This document shows positions 62,200 to 64,000 of a stretch of 64,000 nucleotides of DNA, piece by piece; within the stretch, counting starts at the first letter, position 1, and each line of letters begins with the position of its first letter. The notes under the pieces are model-generated. The model was not told the origin of the DNA and made no database searches. It worked only from the letters and a program-made list of their open reading frames with translations. This DNA is from an uncultured Chlamydiae bacterium (GTDB lineage: Bacteria; Chlamydiota; Chlamydiia; Chlamydiales; JAJFMA01), in assembly GCA_963713615.1 (NCBI GenBank), contig CAVQMM010000001.1:3808001-3872000 (forward strand), read 5' to 3'. Position numbers and translations under genes: made by a program.

Positions 62200-63297
62200 A
62201 TGCGTATCGATATATTAAGTCTATTCCCAGACTACTTCCGTGGTCCATTTGATGAGAGCATGATTGCTCGAGCCCGTCGTCAAGGCCTTGTTGACCTCCA
62301 GCTTATCGACCTCAGACACTATGGGACCGGTAGTTACAAGCAGGTGGATGACAGGGCATACGGCGGAGGGCCAGGAATGGTCCTAATGGCTGGATCGGTG
62401 GCTCAAGCATTACGTGAAGCCAAAGGAAGGGTAGAGGGTAGGTCACAGCGAACGGTGTTTTTGTCGCCTCAGGGTAAGCCCCTCGATGCGAGTAAGTGCC
62501 GGGAGTTAGCTTTAGTTGACCATCTCATTCTTCTGTGTGGGCATTATGAAGGGGTAGACCAGCGGGTTCTTGATAAGGAAGTTGATGAAGAGATCAGCAT
62601 CGGCGACTATGTTCTGACCAATGGTTGTTTGCCAGCGATTGTGTTGGTCGATGCTGTGGCTCGTTTCATCCCTGGTGTGATTGGGCACAGCGATGCAGCT
62701 TCCGAAGATTCTTTTGAAAGGGAGTTGCTAGACTGCCCGCACTATACGCGGCCAGAGGTTTTTGAGGGAATAGAAGTCCCCAAAGTGTTGCTAGAAGGTA
62801 ACCACGCAGCAATCGACCAATGGCGGCATGAGCGAGCTCTGGCTAAAACTCGGTTAAGGCGACCAGACCTCTTTTTGAGGTACTTGGTCCGCAACCAACA
62901 AGAGTTGGCGGTGCCCATCGAAGAGAGGGTGCAGACAGGTTGGTGTTGGCAAGGAATGACTCTGCTGGTGGAGGACCTGCGACGGAGCCGGCGCTTTTAC
63001 CGCGACGTGTTGGGATGGAAGCCGACACAAGAAAGTGATACGATGATCGCTTTCGTTGTGGGAAAGCTGAAAGTGACGATGGCTGTGGGTAAACGCCCTG
63101 AAGGGCGGCAGGCAGCAGTTGTGTTAGATATTATGGTGGAGGACCCCAAGACCTTAGGGCTGATAGCACGGAAGGTTCACAGCCAAGCCTTAGGTGGTGT
63201 GGAAGGGGCAGAGAGAGTAGAAAAAGTTTGGTTTATCGATCCTGACGGTTACCACTGGGTGTTAACAGGGTCTGAGGATAGCCGTAAGAACAGTTAA
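62200..63297 (+). CDS. trmD: tRNA (guanine37-N1)-methyltransferase with C-terminal VOC/glyoxalase-like domain
   Basis: VDDRAYGGGPGM, CGHYEGVDQR, SIGDYVL; tail VEDLRRSRRFYRDVLGW...DPDG. Confidence 0.95.
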   Translation: MRIDILSLFPDYFRGPFDESMIARARRQGLVDLQLIDLRHYGTGSYKQVDDRAYGGGPGMVLMAGSVAQALREAKGRVEGRSQRTVFLSPQGKPLDASKCRELALVDHLILLCGHYEGVDQRVLDKEVDEEISIGDYVLTNGCLPAIVLVDAVARFIPGVIGHSDAASEDSFERELLDCPHYTRPEVFEGIEVPKVLLEGNHAAIDQWRHERALAKTRLRRPDLFLRYLVRNQQELAVPIEERVQTGWCWQGMTLLVEDLRRSRRFYRDVLGWKPTQESDTMIAFVVGKLKVTMAVGKRPEGRQAAVVLDIMVEDPKTLGLIARKVHSQALGGVEGAERVEKVWFIDPDGYHWVLTGSEDSRKNS

Positions 63298-63349
63298 AAA
63301 AAAGATCGCCTGCCCCAGGCAGGCCTGAGAACAATTAGGAGAACGCAAG

Positions 63350-63787
63350 ATGAGAACAGCGGTCATCGAAAAAGTTGAACAAATGCAGCTACGGAAGGAA
63401 GTGCCGAACTTCAGCATTGGCGACACCATTAGTGTGCATATCCGTATTATCGAAGGCGATAAAGAACGAACACAGATGTTTACCGGGACCGTCATTGCCC
63501 GTCGTGGCACTGGTTTGTCCGAGACCTTTGCTCTGCACCGCGTCGCTTATGGCGAGGGCATGGAGCGAGTCTTTCTATTGCATAGCCCACGCATTAGCAA
63601 GATTGAATTGGTGAAGCGTGGTCGTGTGCGTCGTGCCAAACTGTACTACTTGCGTGGAACATCCGGTAAGAAAGCTAAAGTGCGCAATCTTCTGGGTGGT
63701 CGCAGAGAAATTACTACAACGACATCTACTGCTAGCGTGAAAGCTGGTGCGGCTCCTGAGGCTCAGGAAGCAGCAGTTGAGGAATAA
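63350..63787 (+). CDS. rplS: 50S ribosomal protein L19
   Basis: EGDKERTQ.F.G and GRVRRAKLYYLR motifs. Confidence 0.97.
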   Translation: MRTAVIEKVEQMQLRKEVPNFSIGDTISVHIRIIEGDKERTQMFTGTVIARRGTGLSETFALHRVAYGEGMERVFLLHSPRISKIELVKRGRVRRAKLYYLRGTSGKKAKVRNLLGGRREITTTTSTASVKAGAAPEAQEAAVEE

Positions 63788-63796
63788 GCCCACGCA

Positions 63797-63830
63797 AAAC
63801 GCAGCCTAGGACGGGCTGCGTTCTGTTGTT
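63797..63830 (+). terminator. Probable terminator after rplS
   Basis: AACGCAGCC...GGCTGCGTT followed by a T-rich tail. Confidence 0.55.
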
Positions 63831-63866
63831 TGCCTTGGGGAGGGCATCGACAGAGGAGAGAGAGGG

Positions 63867-64000
63867 GTGTTCCAGGGGTTTTCAGCGGCGGACGCGAGTC
63901 TGGCCGAGGAAGAAGATCAGAGGCTCTACGCCTTGACACAGATCGAGCGAACAGAGCGCAAGAATGGTTATGCCATTATTGCGGGTGTTGATGAGGCTGG
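63867..64000 (+). CDS. rnhB: Ribonuclease HII (5' part only)
   Basis: GTG 63867 reads ...GYAIIAGVDEAG at the window edge; canonical position after rplS. Confidence 0.85.
   Translation, partial: MFQGFSAADASLAEEEDQRLYALTQIERTERKNGYAIIAGVDEA

Overview
The gene content and order point to an environmental member of the Chlamydiota (inferred from lptG/lptF-tilS-ftsH-pnp-rpsO-tadA, rpmE-prfA-prmC-ffh-rpsP-trmD-rplS-rnhB, and the long chlamydial-type FtsH and TrmD). The first ~21.5 kb is accessory DNA: an MdtABC/TolC-type RND operon, an SDR/DUF2878-DCC/TspO cluster, an atypical IS66 with a passenger gene, an FAD oxidase and an S53 peptidase. It ends in the best candidate for a new system, a ~2.3 kb integrase-less mini-island in tRNA-Ser(CGA). 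The island has a 74-bp att duplication, an IHF-consensus site, tandem arm-like repeats and a duplicated promoter-like module. It carries a translationally coupled operon (TIGR04255-like protein, coiled-coil protein, HNH nuclease) that may be an anti-phage or toxin-antitoxin system. The rest is mostly housekeeping genes, plus eukaryote-like proteins (LRR, frameshifted BTB). Intergenic spaces throughout hold modular, nested palindromic REP/REPIN-like elements, including five copies of a ~200-bp core. Family assignments come from motif recognition by eye; no database searches were run.
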